Positions 27,218 to 37,815 are shown, numbered from the stretch's first letter. The stretch: DNA of 64,000 bases from Candidatus Latescibacterota bacterium (GCA_965200315.1 OZ241362.1:2816001-2880000), one strand, 5' to 3'. The notes: generated by a model from the letters alone, not told the origin. Made by a program: numbers and translations.

Positions 27218-28411
27218 ATGGACTGGGAAAGGTTCTCCTTCGAGTACAATCTCAACGCTCAAGACTTCTTTTGCGACCTCGTCTCTATCGAGGCATACAA
27301 GGAAGCCTCTCTGAACCTAGCGTTCCCACAAGAGTGGCAGAACCAGCTCAACAGGCTGAACCGAGTGCGTGCGGTTCATGGAACGACTGCAATAGAGGGC
27401 AACCCTCTTTCCGAGGCCGAGGTTGCCCAGCAGATGGAACGACTCGAACAACAAAATCACCACGATGACAGGAAGACCGCGACAAAGGAACAAGTGCAGA
27501 TCAGGAACGCCGGGGAGGCTCAGGCTTGGGTGAGGCAACGATTTCTTCCGAACAGCCCGCCTATTGGCTTGCAAGACATCCTCACAATGCACGAGATGAT
27601 CACCCGGGATTCGGATACCGGCCATAATGTTCCTGGGGAATTCCGCCGCTTTTCCGTCACCGTGGGCACGGAAGATCTTGGAGGAGTCCATAGAGGTGCC
27701 CCGTACGAATGGCTGCCTCGCTTAATGGAGGAGTACATCGATTTCATCAACTCTCGCCGGCTCGACGACAATCATCCGGTTATACGCGCCCTGCTCGCCC
27801 ACTTCTTCTTGGTGACCATTCACCCTTTTGGAGATGGCAACGGCAGGGTCTCCCGACTCGTTGAAGCAGGCGTCCTCTTTCAGCGTGGGTACAATGTCCA
27901 TGGCTTTTACGGACTCTCCAATTACTTCTATCGCCACGAACAGGAATACAAATCAATCCTACAACAATGCCGCAGAAGCCAGCCTTTTGACGTGAGGCCG
28001 TTTATTCGCTTCGGCGTGGCCGGCTTTGCGAGTGAGCTCAAAGACATAAACAATTTCATCAAGACGAAGATCAATCGGCTGGTGTACCGGACCATGATCG
28101 TCCGTGCATTCAATAAAAGGATAGGTGCTAGACGGCGGCTCCTAAACCAAAGAGAATTCAGTCTCCTCGACTTTCTCCTGAGCGAGACCGAGCCGGTAGA
28201 TCCCTTCTCAGATACCTCGTCCAGCAGAATCAGTCTGTCAGAGCTACTGGAGGCAAACTACATGCAGTCGGCATATCGGAATGTCACGAGACGAACTTTT
28301 CATAGGGAGTTGGTACGACTCAGTGAACTTGGGTTCATCAAGTTCACTAAAGAGGAGTCGATTCAGGACTGGGTCGTGGAGTTGGATTTTGGAGCCATAC
28401 CAAAGTATTAA
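27218..28411 (+). CDS. Fic family protein (class II-like) with C-terminal winged HTH
   Basis: Canonical HPFGDGNGRVSR; inhibitory TTAIEGN; VTRRTFHRELVRLSELG. Confidence 0.93.
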   Translation: MDWERFSFEYNLNAQDFFCDLVSIEAYKEASLNLAFPQEWQNQLNRLNRVRAVHGTTAIEGNPLSEAEVAQQMERLEQQNHHDDRKTATKEQVQIRNAGEAQAWVRQRFLPNSPPIGLQDILTMHEMITRDSDTGHNVPGEFRRFSVTVGTEDLGGVHRGAPYEWLPRLMEEYIDFINSRRLDDNHPVIRALLAHFFLVTIHPFGDGNGRVSRLVEAGVLFQRGYNVHGFYGLSNYFYRHEQEYKSILQQCRRSQPFDVRPFIRFGVAGFASELKDINNFIKTKINRLVYRTMIVRAFNKRIGARRRLLNQREFSLLDFLLSETEPVDPFSDTSSSRISLSELLEANYMQSAYRNVTRRTFHRELVRLSELGFIKFTKEESIQDWVVELDFGAIPKY

Positions 28412-28431
28412 GTGATGCGCTAAGCACTGAA

Positions 28432-30156
28432 CTACCTCGGCTCCCGATATACATCCGGCCCGGAGCCACCGACCAAGATATCCAAGTCAACGCCTTTGTC
28501 GGCTTGAAGCACGTGCTTGATATACAAGCCGGCATAACCCCGCGTGACGACCGGCGCGGGCGGCGTCCACGCTTGTCGCCTGCTTTGTAGCTCCTCGTCG
28601 GGCACCGCCATGTTCAACGACCGCTTCTCCACGTCTAACTCGATCAGGTCGCCGTCCTGCACCAAGGCCAGCGGGCCACCCACGGCGGCTTCGGGCGCGA
28701 CGTGCAGAATCACCGTGCCGTAGGCCGTGCCGCTCATCCGTCCGTCCGAGATGCAAACCATGTCGCGCACGCCTTGCTGCAATAGCTTCTTGGGCAATCC
28801 GAACTTCCCGGCCTCGGGCATCCCGGGGAAACCTTTTGGGCCGATGCCCTTTAAGACCAACACGCTATCTTTGTCCACGTCGAGATTGGGATCGTCAATC
28901 CGCGCCCTGTAGTTTTCTATACTTTCAAACACCACGGCTCGTCCGCGGTGCTGCATCAGCTCGGGCGCGGCGGCCGACGGCTTGATAATCGCCCCATCCG
29001 GGCAGAGGTTGCCCCGCAGCACGGCGATCCCGGCCGCTTCCTTGAGCGGATTGTCGATCGCGGCGATGACCTCTCGGTTGTAGCATTGGGCACCCGAGGT
29101 GTTTTCGCCGAGCGTCTTGCCCGTCACCGTCAACGTATCCAGATGCAGATGCTCCTTCATCTCTTGGATCACGGCGGGCAAGCCCCCGGCGTAGAAGAAG
29201 TCCTCCATCAGATATTTGCCCGAAGGCATTAGGTTGACCAAGTGCGGCATGCGGCTGCCCAAGCGGTCGAAGTCGTCTAATTCCAACTCGACGCCGAGCC
29301 GTCCGGCGATGGCCAACAGATGCACCACGAAGTTGGTCGAACCGCCCAGCACTGCGTTGACCTTGATGGCGTTTTCTATGGCTGGCCGCGTCAAAATGCG
29401 CGACATGTACAAACCTTCTCTCACCATCTCGACGATGCGATTGCCCGCCAGATGCCCCAAGCGCTTGCGCCGCGCATCTGGCCCTGGAATGGCTGCACCG
29501 CTCGGCAGCGTCAGCCCGACAGTCTCGACCATGCAGGCCATCGTTGAGGCCGTGCCCATGGTCATGCAGTGGCCGTCCGAGCGCGAAATCCCGCCCTCGG
29601 CCTCCAGGTAATCTAAGCGCGAGATGCTCCCGGCTCGCAGCTCGGTCGTAAAGCGATAGACATCCGTGCCGGAGCCGATATCCTGATTGCGGAACTTGCC
29701 GTTGAGCATCGGCCCGCCCGTCACCGCAATGGTCGGCAAATCTACGCTCGCCGCGCCCATCAGGCTGGCTGGCGTCGTTTTGTCGCAGCTAGTTAGCAGC
29801 ACCACCCCGTCGAGCGGATTGGCGCGGATGCTTTCCTCCACGTCCATGCTCGCCAAATTGCGGTAGAGCATGGTCGTTGGCTTCATCATTGTCTCGCCGA
29901 GCGAAGTGACTGGAAATTCGAGCGGAAAGCCCCCGGCCTCGTACACCCCGCGCTTGACCTGCTCGGCCAAGACCCGCAGATGGGCGTTGCAAGGATTCAA
30001 GTCCGACCACGTGTTGCAGATCCCGATCACGGGTCGGCCGTCGAACATCTGCTCGGGATGGCCTTGGTTTTTGGCCCAGCCGCGGGATACAAATCCTTGG
30101 TGCCACTCGTCGCCAAACCACCCCGCACTGCGGAGCTTCTTGTTGTCGCCTGTCAT
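28432..30156 (-). CDS. IlvD/Edd family dehydratase (pentonate/arabinonate dehydratase-like)
   Basis: PCNAH, CDKT, GHCMTMGTASTM, GGSTN, SDGRMSGT, HVAPEAAVGG. Confidence 0.95.
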   Translation of the reverse strand: MTGDNKKLRSAGWFGDEWHQGFVSRGWAKNQGHPEQMFDGRPVIGICNTWSDLNPCNAHLRVLAEQVKRGVYEAGGFPLEFPVTSLGETMMKPTTMLYRNLASMDVEESIRANPLDGVVLLTSCDKTTPASLMGAASVDLPTIAVTGGPMLNGKFRNQDIGSGTDVYRFTTELRAGSISRLDYLEAEGGISRSDGHCMTMGTASTMACMVETVGLTLPSGAAIPGPDARRKRLGHLAGNRIVEMVREGLYMSRILTRPAIENAIKVNAVLGGSTNFVVHLLAIAGRLGVELELDDFDRLGSRMPHLVNLMPSGKYLMEDFFYAGGLPAVIQEMKEHLHLDTLTVTGKTLGENTSGAQCYNREVIAAIDNPLKEAAGIAVLRGNLCPDGAIIKPSAAAPELMQHRGRAVVFESIENYRARIDDPNLDVDKDSVLVLKGIGPKGFPGMPEAGKFGLPKKLLQQGVRDMVCISDGRMSGTAYGTVILHVAPEAAVGGPLALVQDGDLIELDVEKRSLNMAVPDEELQSRRQAWTPPAPVVTRGYAGLYIKHVLQADKGVDLDILVGGSGPDVYREPR

Positions 30157-30209
30157 GGCATTATTCCAATGTACATTCGCATATCGTTGGAATTTGTCTC
30201 AGCGGAGGA

Positions 30210-30510
30210 TTAGATCAATAGGTCTCTACCGAAACGCAGCACAAACGTGGCAAGGTCTTCGCCGATAAGCAAGCCAACCGGTTTTTCCGTTTCCTCCCGG
30301 AGTTGATCGAGGGCATTGTCAAGTTATGTGGTTATGGAGGATGCCGTGGATACAATCCTCGTTTAGTGCCTCTACAAGACGTTCAAACCCTCCCTCGGAG
30401 TTTCATCTTCGCAGATAAGGAACGCTGAACGATTGCATCGTTGCGATCAAAATCATATAGATGAGCCCTTTGCTCTCGTCATCTTCGGGAGCCTTCAGCG
30501 CGTAAATCAT
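30210..30510 (-). pseudogene. Collapsed remnant, possibly of a Mrr-like restriction endonuclease
   Basis: AGGAGA RBS + MIYALKAPEDDESKGLIY; out-of-frame pieces RIVSTASS and LDNALDQLREETEKPVGLLIGEDLATFVLRFGRDLLI*. Confidence 0.45.
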
Positions 30511-30584
30511 TAGTCTTTCTCCTATGGTTAGGGTCAAAAAGAGTAGCGTCCTTTGTACAATTTTCAGCAACGCTCTTATGCTAC

Positions 30585-31466
30585 CTACGCCGGCATCTCT
30601 CGCCGCGTGTGCACTCGCCCCACCCGGGCCGTTTCTTCATTCCCCCCAGAAAAAACGCGCGCCCCAGCGTCAATTTTCTCCGCGACCGTTTCGGGTGCGG
30701 CCCCGTCCAAAAAGGCCACGCCGTTTTGCCGACACGCCGCCTTGACCCGCTCGTGCGTCTCCTGCATCTGCTCGGGCCACGGCTGCGGCATCGTCCGATA
30801 CCCCAGCGAAATGCTCAAGTCGCCCGGGCCCATTTCGGCAAAGCCGATCCCCGGCACGGACAGGATTTCCTCGATGTGAGGCAGGGCGGCCACCGACTCG
30901 ATCTTTAGCCCTAACAGCAACTCGCCTTCCGGGTTGAGCGGCCACGGATCGGCCTTGGCTAGATACTCGTCGCGGCTCGCGCCCCACACGCCGGCACACA
31001 CCCCCTCTGAGCCAACGCCGCGCGTGCCCCGGCCCAAATCGGTGCCAACGCCGATGGTGTTGATCGGATAGCGGCACGACTCGACAAAAGCTCGGACGGC
31101 TCCGGCCGATTCGGCTTGGCAAAGCAGAATTCCGTGAGCACCTCGGCCCAAGATCTGCCGAAACTGCCAAGCGTTGTAGCGCACGATTTCTTCGGACCGG
31201 CCCTCGACCGGGGCCTCGACGATGATCGCCGGAGTCCGGTGCCCGCTGCGGGTCGGCCCACCGGCGATCAAGCCGCGCAAGTACTCGTCTAGCCCCGCCA
31301 TGTCGAACGAACCGTGTTCCATGCCGACGTTGATGTAGTCGGCCCAAGTGCCGGCGTCCTCTTTGCCCTGCTCGTAGGTCAGCACGTGTCCGGCGTGGGC
31401 ACCTGTGTAGTAGATTGGCTGATCCTCGGCGAGGAGTTCGACAGCGCGGTTGATTTTCTTACTCAT
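30585..31466 (-). CDS. HpcH/HpaI aldolase/citrate lyase family protein
   Basis: GMEHG, CRYP, GTRG, LKIES, MGPGDL. Confidence 0.85.
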   Translation of the reverse strand: MSKKINRAVELLAEDQPIYYTGAHAGHVLTYEQGKEDAGTWADYINVGMEHGSFDMAGLDEYLRGLIAGGPTRSGHRTPAIIVEAPVEGRSEEIVRYNAWQFRQILGRGAHGILLCQAESAGAVRAFVESCRYPINTIGVGTDLGRGTRGVGSEGVCAGVWGASRDEYLAKADPWPLNPEGELLLGLKIESVAALPHIEEILSVPGIGFAEMGPGDLSISLGYRTMPQPWPEQMQETHERVKAACRQNGVAFLDGAAPETVAEKIDAGARVFSGGNEETARVGRVHTRREMPA

Positions 31467-31496
31467 TGAGTCGCTCCTTAAAAAGGAAGGTCTGTT

Positions 31497-32357
31497 TTAA
31501 CTCCACGAATCCACTCCCAAGAGCTTCCGCCCCAGAGCGGTCAACTCGGCCGGCTGCTGATGCTGGTGTTCCCAATCCCGCGCATCGCCGGGCCAGCGGG
31601 ACGTCGGTCGCCGCTCCTGCCAAGCCGCGATCCGCTTCTCGCGGGTGACTTCTCCGTTTGCGGGTACCGGCGACATGGTGATATACTGCGCCAAGCGCGG
31701 CCGAGCGGACCGATTGTGGCCGTTGCCGTGGGCCAACAACCGATGCCAGATCAGCAAGTCTCCGGCTTGGCCCGCAATCGACTGGACCGTTAGTCCTGTT
31801 AGATCGGGTCGGCGCGTATTGCGATCTGCCGGCTGGGACTTGACCCATTCGTCGAATATCCGGTGAAAGCCGGGCACGCACTGGAAGCCGCCTTGGTCCT
31901 CTGCTGTATCCGTCAGATACAGCACTCCTTGCACCCCAAAGGCCACCGGCTGCTGTGCCGTATCGACATCCCAGTGAATCATCCCCGTGTTGCACCATTC
32001 GGGCCGATCTTCGCGCGCCGGTGGTTTCATATTGGCCCGGTCTAGCGAAACCCACAGCTTTTCGTCGCCCCAAATCTCGGCAAAAGCCTGATGCACCTTG
32101 GGATATTGCCGATTGTCCCACAGGGCTTGATGCTGGTAGATTTCGACCATTCCCGACTCTGAGATCGGCGAGCACAGGTTGCCGCGGGTATAGGGCTGGT
32201 ACTTGTACCAATCCTCTTCGCATTCTGGGTCCATCTCCAGGAATTCCCAGATCGCCGCCACCATCGCGTCTAAGTTCTCCTCGGGCACGGCGTTGTGGAC
32301 TACCACATAGCCGTTCTCTTCCCAGAAGACCCGATCTTCTTTGCTCAATACTGGCAT
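31497..32357 (-). CDS. PhyH-family dioxygenase
   Basis: WEENGY, IHWD, GGFQCVPGFH, AGDLLIWHRLLAHG. Confidence 0.9.
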   Translation of the reverse strand: MPVLSKEDRVFWEENGYVVVHNAVPEENLDAMVAAIWEFLEMDPECEEDWYKYQPYTRGNLCSPISESGMVEIYQHQALWDNRQYPKVHQAFAEIWGDEKLWVSLDRANMKPPAREDRPEWCNTGMIHWDVDTAQQPVAFGVQGVLYLTDTAEDQGGFQCVPGFHRIFDEWVKSQPADRNTRRPDLTGLTVQSIAGQAGDLLIWHRLLAHGNGHNRSARPRLAQYITMSPVPANGEVTREKRIAAWQERRPTSRWPGDARDWEHQHQQPAELTALGRKLLGVDSWS

Positions 32358-32377
32358 AGTCTCTCCTCCAAGTTAGA

Positions 32378-33391
32378 TTATCCGTACACCATCTGGATCA
32401 AGGCCCGAATATACCCAATCGCATACGCCTTCCCGTACAACGGCCCGTACCCATGGGCAAAAGATGGCGTGTGGTCCATCATATACGGTCCATTGAATCC
32501 ATTGTCGCGATACACCTCCATCGCTCGCCGCATATCCACCTCCCCCTCGTCCACGAACACCTCGGTGAATCGCGGCAACTGCCCGCGCACATTGCGGAAA
32601 TGAACCCACGCGATTTTGCCCTGCGCAGCCATCTCGGCAATCGCATCGTAGATCTTCTCTGGCCCCAGCAGCTCGGTCATGCACCCCTGGCAAAAGAGCA
32701 TGCAATTGCTGTCGCTCGGCGCGATCTCGAAGAAGATCTTGCGAAACTGCTCTAGGGTCGAACAAATCTGCGCCACGCCCCCTAGCGGCTCGGGAATTGG
32801 CGGGTCGTCCGGGTGCAGGGCCATCCGCACATCCGCCTTTTCGGCTGCCGGGATCGCCGCCGCTAAAAATCGCTCCATCCGCGCCCACATCTGCGCCTCA
32901 TCTACCGGAGGCTCGTGCGGTTTGGGCCGGTTTTTAGCAAAAACTGCGTAGTCGAATGTACTGTATTGCACACCGCCCCTGCCCGTATCCGCAGGGGTGC
33001 GAAAGTTGCCCATGGGCTTGAAGTTCCAGCCCACGCAGGGAATGCCGGCTTGGCCCACGCTCTCCAGCATCTTGCACCAGTGGCCGATCTGCTCATCCAG
33101 GTCCTCCTCGGCCAAGGTGATCTCCTCCCAAGCAGGCATGAAGATATTGTTCAGCTTCATGCCGTGCGCCTCCACCTTTTCCCGCGCCTGCGCCAATGCG
33201 TCGGTGCAGTCCTTGCCGGCCTTTATATCCTGCGCCAGCGACGTATTCGCCGAGCCGGTACCGCCTCGACGCCCAGCGGTGGGCACTCCTCCGCGCAACT
33301 CCAGATGGATAGAATCCACCCCGATCGCGCGAAAGAAGCTCAGGTGCTCGTCGTCGAGTTCGCCGATGGAAACTTGGTCTTGGATGTACAT
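32378..33391 (-). CDS. Mannonate dehydratase (UxuA) family protein
   Basis: MALHPDDPP, FCQGC, VHFRNVRG, MDH. Confidence 0.88.
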   Translation of the reverse strand: MYIQDQVSIGELDDEHLSFFRAIGVDSIHLELRGGVPTAGRRGGTGSANTSLAQDIKAGKDCTDALAQAREKVEAHGMKLNNIFMPAWEEITLAEEDLDEQIGHWCKMLESVGQAGIPCVGWNFKPMGNFRTPADTGRGGVQYSTFDYAVFAKNRPKPHEPPVDEAQMWARMERFLAAAIPAAEKADVRMALHPDDPPIPEPLGGVAQICSTLEQFRKIFFEIAPSDSNCMLFCQGCMTELLGPEKIYDAIAEMAAQGKIAWVHFRNVRGQLPRFTEVFVDEGEVDMRRAMEVYRDNGFNGPYMMDHTPSFAHGYGPLYGKAYAIGYIRALIQMVYG

Positions 33392-33452
33392 CAGCCGCTT
33401 TCCTTTTTGACTGCCCACCCGCCGCGCCAATACCGCGCCCAACGCGAGTTTA

Positions 33453-34370
33453 TCATCCGGCGACCGGCCGATCTCGCTGGTTTTGGCCGCCGTAGCGGAA
33501 GCCCGGCACGTTGTCGGCGCAGTACGTACCGCGAAAGAGGGTCTGTCGCATCGGGGGCATCTGCTCGACGAGTTCGGCCGGCGGCGACCATGAGCTCCAG
33601 CGCGAGCCAACGCTATTGTAGAGATTGAATATGCCCACCCGCTCGTTATCGGCATTGGTCCACGGCGAGGTGCTGTGCGCCAGCGCCTCGGTAAAGAACA
33701 ACACGGACCCGGCCGGGCACTCGTATGTTTCCCACACCGCCGAATGAGGGTCCTGAATGGCCGCGGGCGAGGGGTATGCGGCCTTGTGGCTCCCCGTGGC
33801 TAAGAGCGTACCGCCTTGCCGCATTTTGACTGGAGCCAGTTCCCACACCACCCGCGTCAATCCGCTAAAGGACTTGCCGGGAATGCTCTGGTAGTGGTGT
33901 GAATCCACGGCGAAGCGGAAGAAGCCGCTGCCATTGTGCGGGTTGAAAACGCCCTCTCGCTCGGGGGTCGCCGCTGGGTTGCGCAAGTTGCTGCCCTCCA
34001 TCCTAAACCCGTAGCACTCGGCGCTCGACAGCCCTGGGAACGCCAAGAACTCGCTGAGGAAACCCACTACAACCGGATGATCAGTCAGCTTCTCCAGCGG
34101 CCCGGCGACAAAAGAACGCTCGTGTTCCGGCAGCGACTCAGGGTGGTTCTGCACGCGCAAGGCGTACTCGCGCATGGCCTCAATCTCGTCGTCGGCCAAT
34201 ACCCCGGGCACTAAGAGCCAGCCGCGAACATCGAAGAGGTATTTCTGCTCGTCGGTAAGCGCGACGACCGGCTCGCCATCGGCATTTTTTTGCGGCAGAT
34301 CGCCTTCCTCCAACAGCAACGGCTGCCCCAGATTCTTATCCACTACGTACGCTTCGCTCATCTTGTGCAT
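33453..34370 (-). CDS. PhyH-like dioxygenase with HxG motif
   Basis: QKYLFDVRGW, PHNG, GSHKA, PAGSVLFFTEALAH. Confidence 0.8.
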   Translation of the reverse strand: MHKMSEAYVVDKNLGQPLLLEEGDLPQKNADGEPVVALTDEQKYLFDVRGWLLVPGVLADDEIEAMREYALRVQNHPESLPEHERSFVAGPLEKLTDHPVVVGFLSEFLAFPGLSSAECYGFRMEGSNLRNPAATPEREGVFNPHNGSGFFRFAVDSHHYQSIPGKSFSGLTRVVWELAPVKMRQGGTLLATGSHKAAYPSPAAIQDPHSAVWETYECPAGSVLFFTEALAHSTSPWTNADNERVGIFNLYNSVGSRWSSWSPPAELVEQMPPMRQTLFRGTYCADNVPGFRYGGQNQRDRPVAG

Positions 34371-34478
34371 CCCCTTTTGATTTTATAGCAATCCTGAAAG
34401 ACTTGAACGATTCGAGATGCGGATCGTTTTGTGAATGTTATTCTGCGTCCCTCTGCGTCTATCTATCTGCGGATTATC

Positions 34479-35342
34479 TTACGAACAACGTTGACCGGCT
34501 CGCGGAAACGGCGAGTGCGGCGACTTGTTTTTTCCATCTACTCCGTATTCGTCCGGCGGAAAATTCTGGCACAACGCGCCTTTGCGCACCACCCAATGTA
34601 AATTGCCCCAAGTGCGCGGCGAGCGGTCGGCCAGCGTCGGCGTGGTATAGACGCCAGCGATGCCGATCCGGCTCTGTGGACTCTCATTGACCGGGCTGTA
34701 GTGCCACATGCTGCTGTGCCAGCAGACGACATCGCCTGGGGCTAGCTCAATGTGCTCGACGCCGCGCTCGGCCTTTAGGGCTGCGACCCGTTCCCTCGGC
34801 AATTCGCCGTGAATGCTGTCGGCGTAGAGCACGTGCTCGACGATCTCGGTTTTGTGGCTTCCCGGGATGAACTGTAGGCAGCCGTTGTCGCGCCGCGCTG
34901 GGTCGAGAGCCATCCAGACGTTGAACGGCTCGGTCTCGCCATCGCGCCACAGGCCGTTGTCTTGGTGCCACGGCGTGGCCGCCCCGGTCTTGGCAGGCTT
35001 GACGAAGACGCTGCTGAACTTGAGCAGGATGTCATCGCCCAAGTAATACCGAGCCAGCGGTGCCATCGCCCCAGCGTGCGCCGTGTGCCAGACCAGCGGC
35101 GCGGTGTGGCACCAGCGGTTGAATTTGCGGAAGCGCTGCGCCCGCGCTTCGGGCGTATCGCCCATGGGGTCCATAGGGTCGGCGTCCGTGCGCACGTTCT
35201 CGGGCTCAGGGGTGTACAGGACGTTCTTGATCACCCCGCGCATCTCTGCCGCTTGGTCGGCCGACACAACCCCAGATACCGTGAAAAAGCCCTTTTCCTC
35301 CCAAGATTGGGCTTGGGCTTGGGTAGGTTGCCAGCTTTTCAT
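34479..35342 (-). CDS. PhyH-family dioxygenase
   Basis: TPWHQD, NGCLQFIPGSH, WHSSMWHYS. Confidence 0.9.
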   Translation of the reverse strand: MKSWQPTQAQAQSWEEKGFFTVSGVVSADQAAEMRGVIKNVLYTPEPENVRTDADPMDPMGDTPEARAQRFRKFNRWCHTAPLVWHTAHAGAMAPLARYYLGDDILLKFSSVFVKPAKTGAATPWHQDNGLWRDGETEPFNVWMALDPARRDNGCLQFIPGSHKTEIVEHVLYADSIHGELPRERVAALKAERGVEHIELAPGDVVCWHSSMWHYSPVNESPQSRIGIAGVYTTPTLADRSPRTWGNLHWVVRKGALCQNFPPDEYGVDGKNKSPHSPFPRAGQRCS

Positions 35343-35354
35343 GCGTCCTCCATC

Positions 35355-36494
35355 TCAGTGCTCTTCAACCACCAGTGAGCCGAATTTCTCCTCGTCCCAC
35401 TCTGCACCCCAACCCGGCCCATCCGGGGGTGCGATGTGCCCTTCTTCAATCAAGGGCGCGTTGAGCAAACCCCAGTGCGCCCCGGTCTGCCGCAGGCTGT
35501 CGGCCGTTGCCCCGAAAAACTCGTAGAAATCCGTGTTGTCGATACAGCAGCCCAAGTGTGCGTGGACCAGCCCATCCAACGCCCCACCGCCATTTAGTTC
35601 GATATTCGCGCCGTGCAGCTCGGCCAGATGCGCCAGCTTCAGCACCTGCGTCGTTCCGTGCCGGGCGTTGCCCCGCAGGCGATCGGTCGCCCCTTGGATC
35701 AACCATTGCGCCGTCAAGTCGATGTCGTGCATCAGCATTTCGGTCCCCATTATCGGAATGGTCAACGCTTGGCACAACTCCTGATATTGATTCATCTTCT
35801 GCTCGTGCATCGGCTCTTCTAACCACACAAAATCCAGCTCCTCCAGCACGCGCCCCACCTCAATGGCCTCGCGCAAGCTGTATGAACACACTGGATCGGT
35901 GATCAAATCGTACTCCGGCCCCACAGCATCCCGCACGGCCCTGTAAATGGGGATATCGGCCTTGCCGCCTTTATACGTGTGAAATTTGTAAGCCCCTATA
36001 CCCATTTCCTTGCCGGTCTCTATAGCCTTGAGATACCCCTCTATATCCGCATCCCCGCCGGTCAGATACGCGGGCAGTCGCGGCCGCACGCGCCCCACCA
36101 ACGCATAGACCGGCAGCCCCGCGGCCTTGCCCAAAATGTCCCACAGACAGTTGTCAAACGCCCCAAACCACCCCGGGGGCTGGTACACCCACCGGGTGCC
36201 CTTCCAAAACTGCTGAAACAGCCCCTCGCGCTCCCAAGGGCTCCGCCCCACCGCGTGATACCGCACGATGTCGGCTTGATAGGGAGTCATCGACGTATCG
36301 CTGCGCCCCACAATCCCCTCGTCCGTATGCACCTCCAAAAAGCTTTGTCGCACCGGGCGCAATTTCTGATCGGGCCTTCCCTTGTGAGTGTATTGTATCC
36401 TCCGCAGCCCCTCTACTCGTGAGATATTATGGCCGACGCTTCCCCTGCGACTTGGGTCTTCCAACACCAGTAATTTCACCTCGGTGATTTTCAT
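35355..36494 (-). CDS. Mandelate racemase/muconate lactonizing enzyme family
   Basis: TDEGIVG, LWDILGK, KFH, WLEEP, PDGPGWG. Confidence 0.88.
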   Translation of the reverse strand: MKITEVKLLVLEDPSRRGSVGHNISRVEGLRRIQYTHKGRPDQKLRPVRQSFLEVHTDEGIVGRSDTSMTPYQADIVRYHAVGRSPWEREGLFQQFWKGTRWVYQPPGWFGAFDNCLWDILGKAAGLPVYALVGRVRPRLPAYLTGGDADIEGYLKAIETGKEMGIGAYKFHTYKGGKADIPIYRAVRDAVGPEYDLITDPVCSYSLREAIEVGRVLEELDFVWLEEPMHEQKMNQYQELCQALTIPIMGTEMLMHDIDLTAQWLIQGATDRLRGNARHGTTQVLKLAHLAELHGANIELNGGGALDGLVHAHLGCCIDNTDFYEFFGATADSLRQTGAHWGLLNAPLIEEGHIAPPDGPGWGAEWDEEKFGSLVVEEH

Positions 36495-36573
36495 CTGCGC
36501 TTCCTTTATCTGAAAATTTGAATACCCTATATTTCCGCACTTAGAAACCAACTGTCAATCTCAGGGCCTTGAT

Positions 36574-37707
36574 ATGAAAATCGCTGCCATCGAAACCTTC
36601 GACCTCACCTGCCCGCTTGAGTGCCCCTTTGGCTGGTCCCAAGGCTGGCTCGACCAGCGCAGCACCACGCTCGTCAAAATCACCGCGGACGACGGCCTCG
36701 GCGGCTGGGGCGAAGGCGCGGCTGCCGGTCTCATCGACGGCTTGCTCGCCCCGCTGCTCATCGGCCAAGACCCCATGGACCGCGCCGGGCTGTGGGAGCG
36801 CATGTTCCACGCTCTCTACAACGGCAACAACGCGGTCGGCCTAGCCGGCAGCGCCCTTTCCGCGCTCGACATGGCCCTCTGGGATCTCGCGGGCAAAGCC
36901 ACCGGCCTCCCGGTCTGTGCGCTCCTCGGAGGCAAGGTGCGCGATAAAATCGCCGTCTATGCCACCGGCCTCTACTATACTGAAGGCGAGTTTCCCGACC
37001 GCCTGCTCAACGAGGCGCGAGGCTATGTGGCCGCCGGCTTCAAGGGGATGAAGACCAAGGTCGGAGGGCTGTCCATCGCCGAGGATGTCGCGCGCGTCAC
37101 GGCGCTGCGCGATGCCATCGGCCCGGACATTCACCTCATGGTCGATGCCAACGAGGCCTACAACGCCACCACGGCGATTCGCATTGGCCAGAAGCTGGCC
37201 GAGCTGGACCTAATGTGGTTTGAAGAGCCGGTCAATGCCCAAGACCTAGACGCCTATCTGGAGGTCAAAGCCGCGCTGCCCATGGCCATTGCCGGCGGCG
37301 AAAACCTGCGCACCCGTTACGAATTCAAGCCCTACCTGACGCGCCGCGCCTACGATATTGTCCAGCCCGACATCATGCACTGCGGCGGCATCACCGAAAT
37401 GCAGCGCATCTGCGCCATGGCCAACGCCTGCGGCATTCAGGTCAATCCCCACGTTTGGGGATCGCCCGTTATGATCGCCGCCACCTTGCACCTAGCCGCC
37501 ACCTTGCCGCCCTGCCCGCCAGCGCACAACGCTCAACCCTATATGCAGGAGCCGGTGATGGAATTAGACCGCACGCCGAGTGCCATTCGCCAAGAGCTAT
37601 GCGCGGTGCCGTTTGACCAAGAGGACAGCTTTGTGCGCGTGCCGACCGGGCCGGGATTGGGGATTGAGGTGGATGAAGAGGTGGTCGAGAGGTTAAGGCA
37701 AGGTTAG
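36574..37707 (+). CDS. Mandelate racemase family (galactarolactone cycloisomerase-like)
   Basis: GWGE, ALWDLAGK, YATGLY, KTKVG, MVDAN, WFEEP, GGE, PHVWG. Confidence 0.9.
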   Translation: MKIAAIETFDLTCPLECPFGWSQGWLDQRSTTLVKITADDGLGGWGEGAAAGLIDGLLAPLLIGQDPMDRAGLWERMFHALYNGNNAVGLAGSALSALDMALWDLAGKATGLPVCALLGGKVRDKIAVYATGLYYTEGEFPDRLLNEARGYVAAGFKGMKTKVGGLSIAEDVARVTALRDAIGPDIHLMVDANEAYNATTAIRIGQKLAELDLMWFEEPVNAQDLDAYLEVKAALPMAIAGGENLRTRYEFKPYLTRRAYDIVQPDIMHCGGITEMQRICAMANACGIQVNPHVWGSPVMIAATLHLAATLPPCPPAHNAQPYMQEPVMELDRTPSAIRQELCAVPFDQEDSFVRVPTGPGLGIEVDEEVVERLRQG

Positions 37708-37815
37708 ATTGAAAAACGTTGGCCACTCGGCAGACTAGAACCCTCAGACCTGGAGCCGCTCAAGGCAGCGTAACGATTCTAGCCTGGGGTTGGGAATGGC
37801 ATCTTCAAGAGCATT

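Noticed and set aside
34382-34472. TCTGCG-rich intergenic stretch as a REP/MITE
   Set aside because: No second copy or clear inverted ends within this window.
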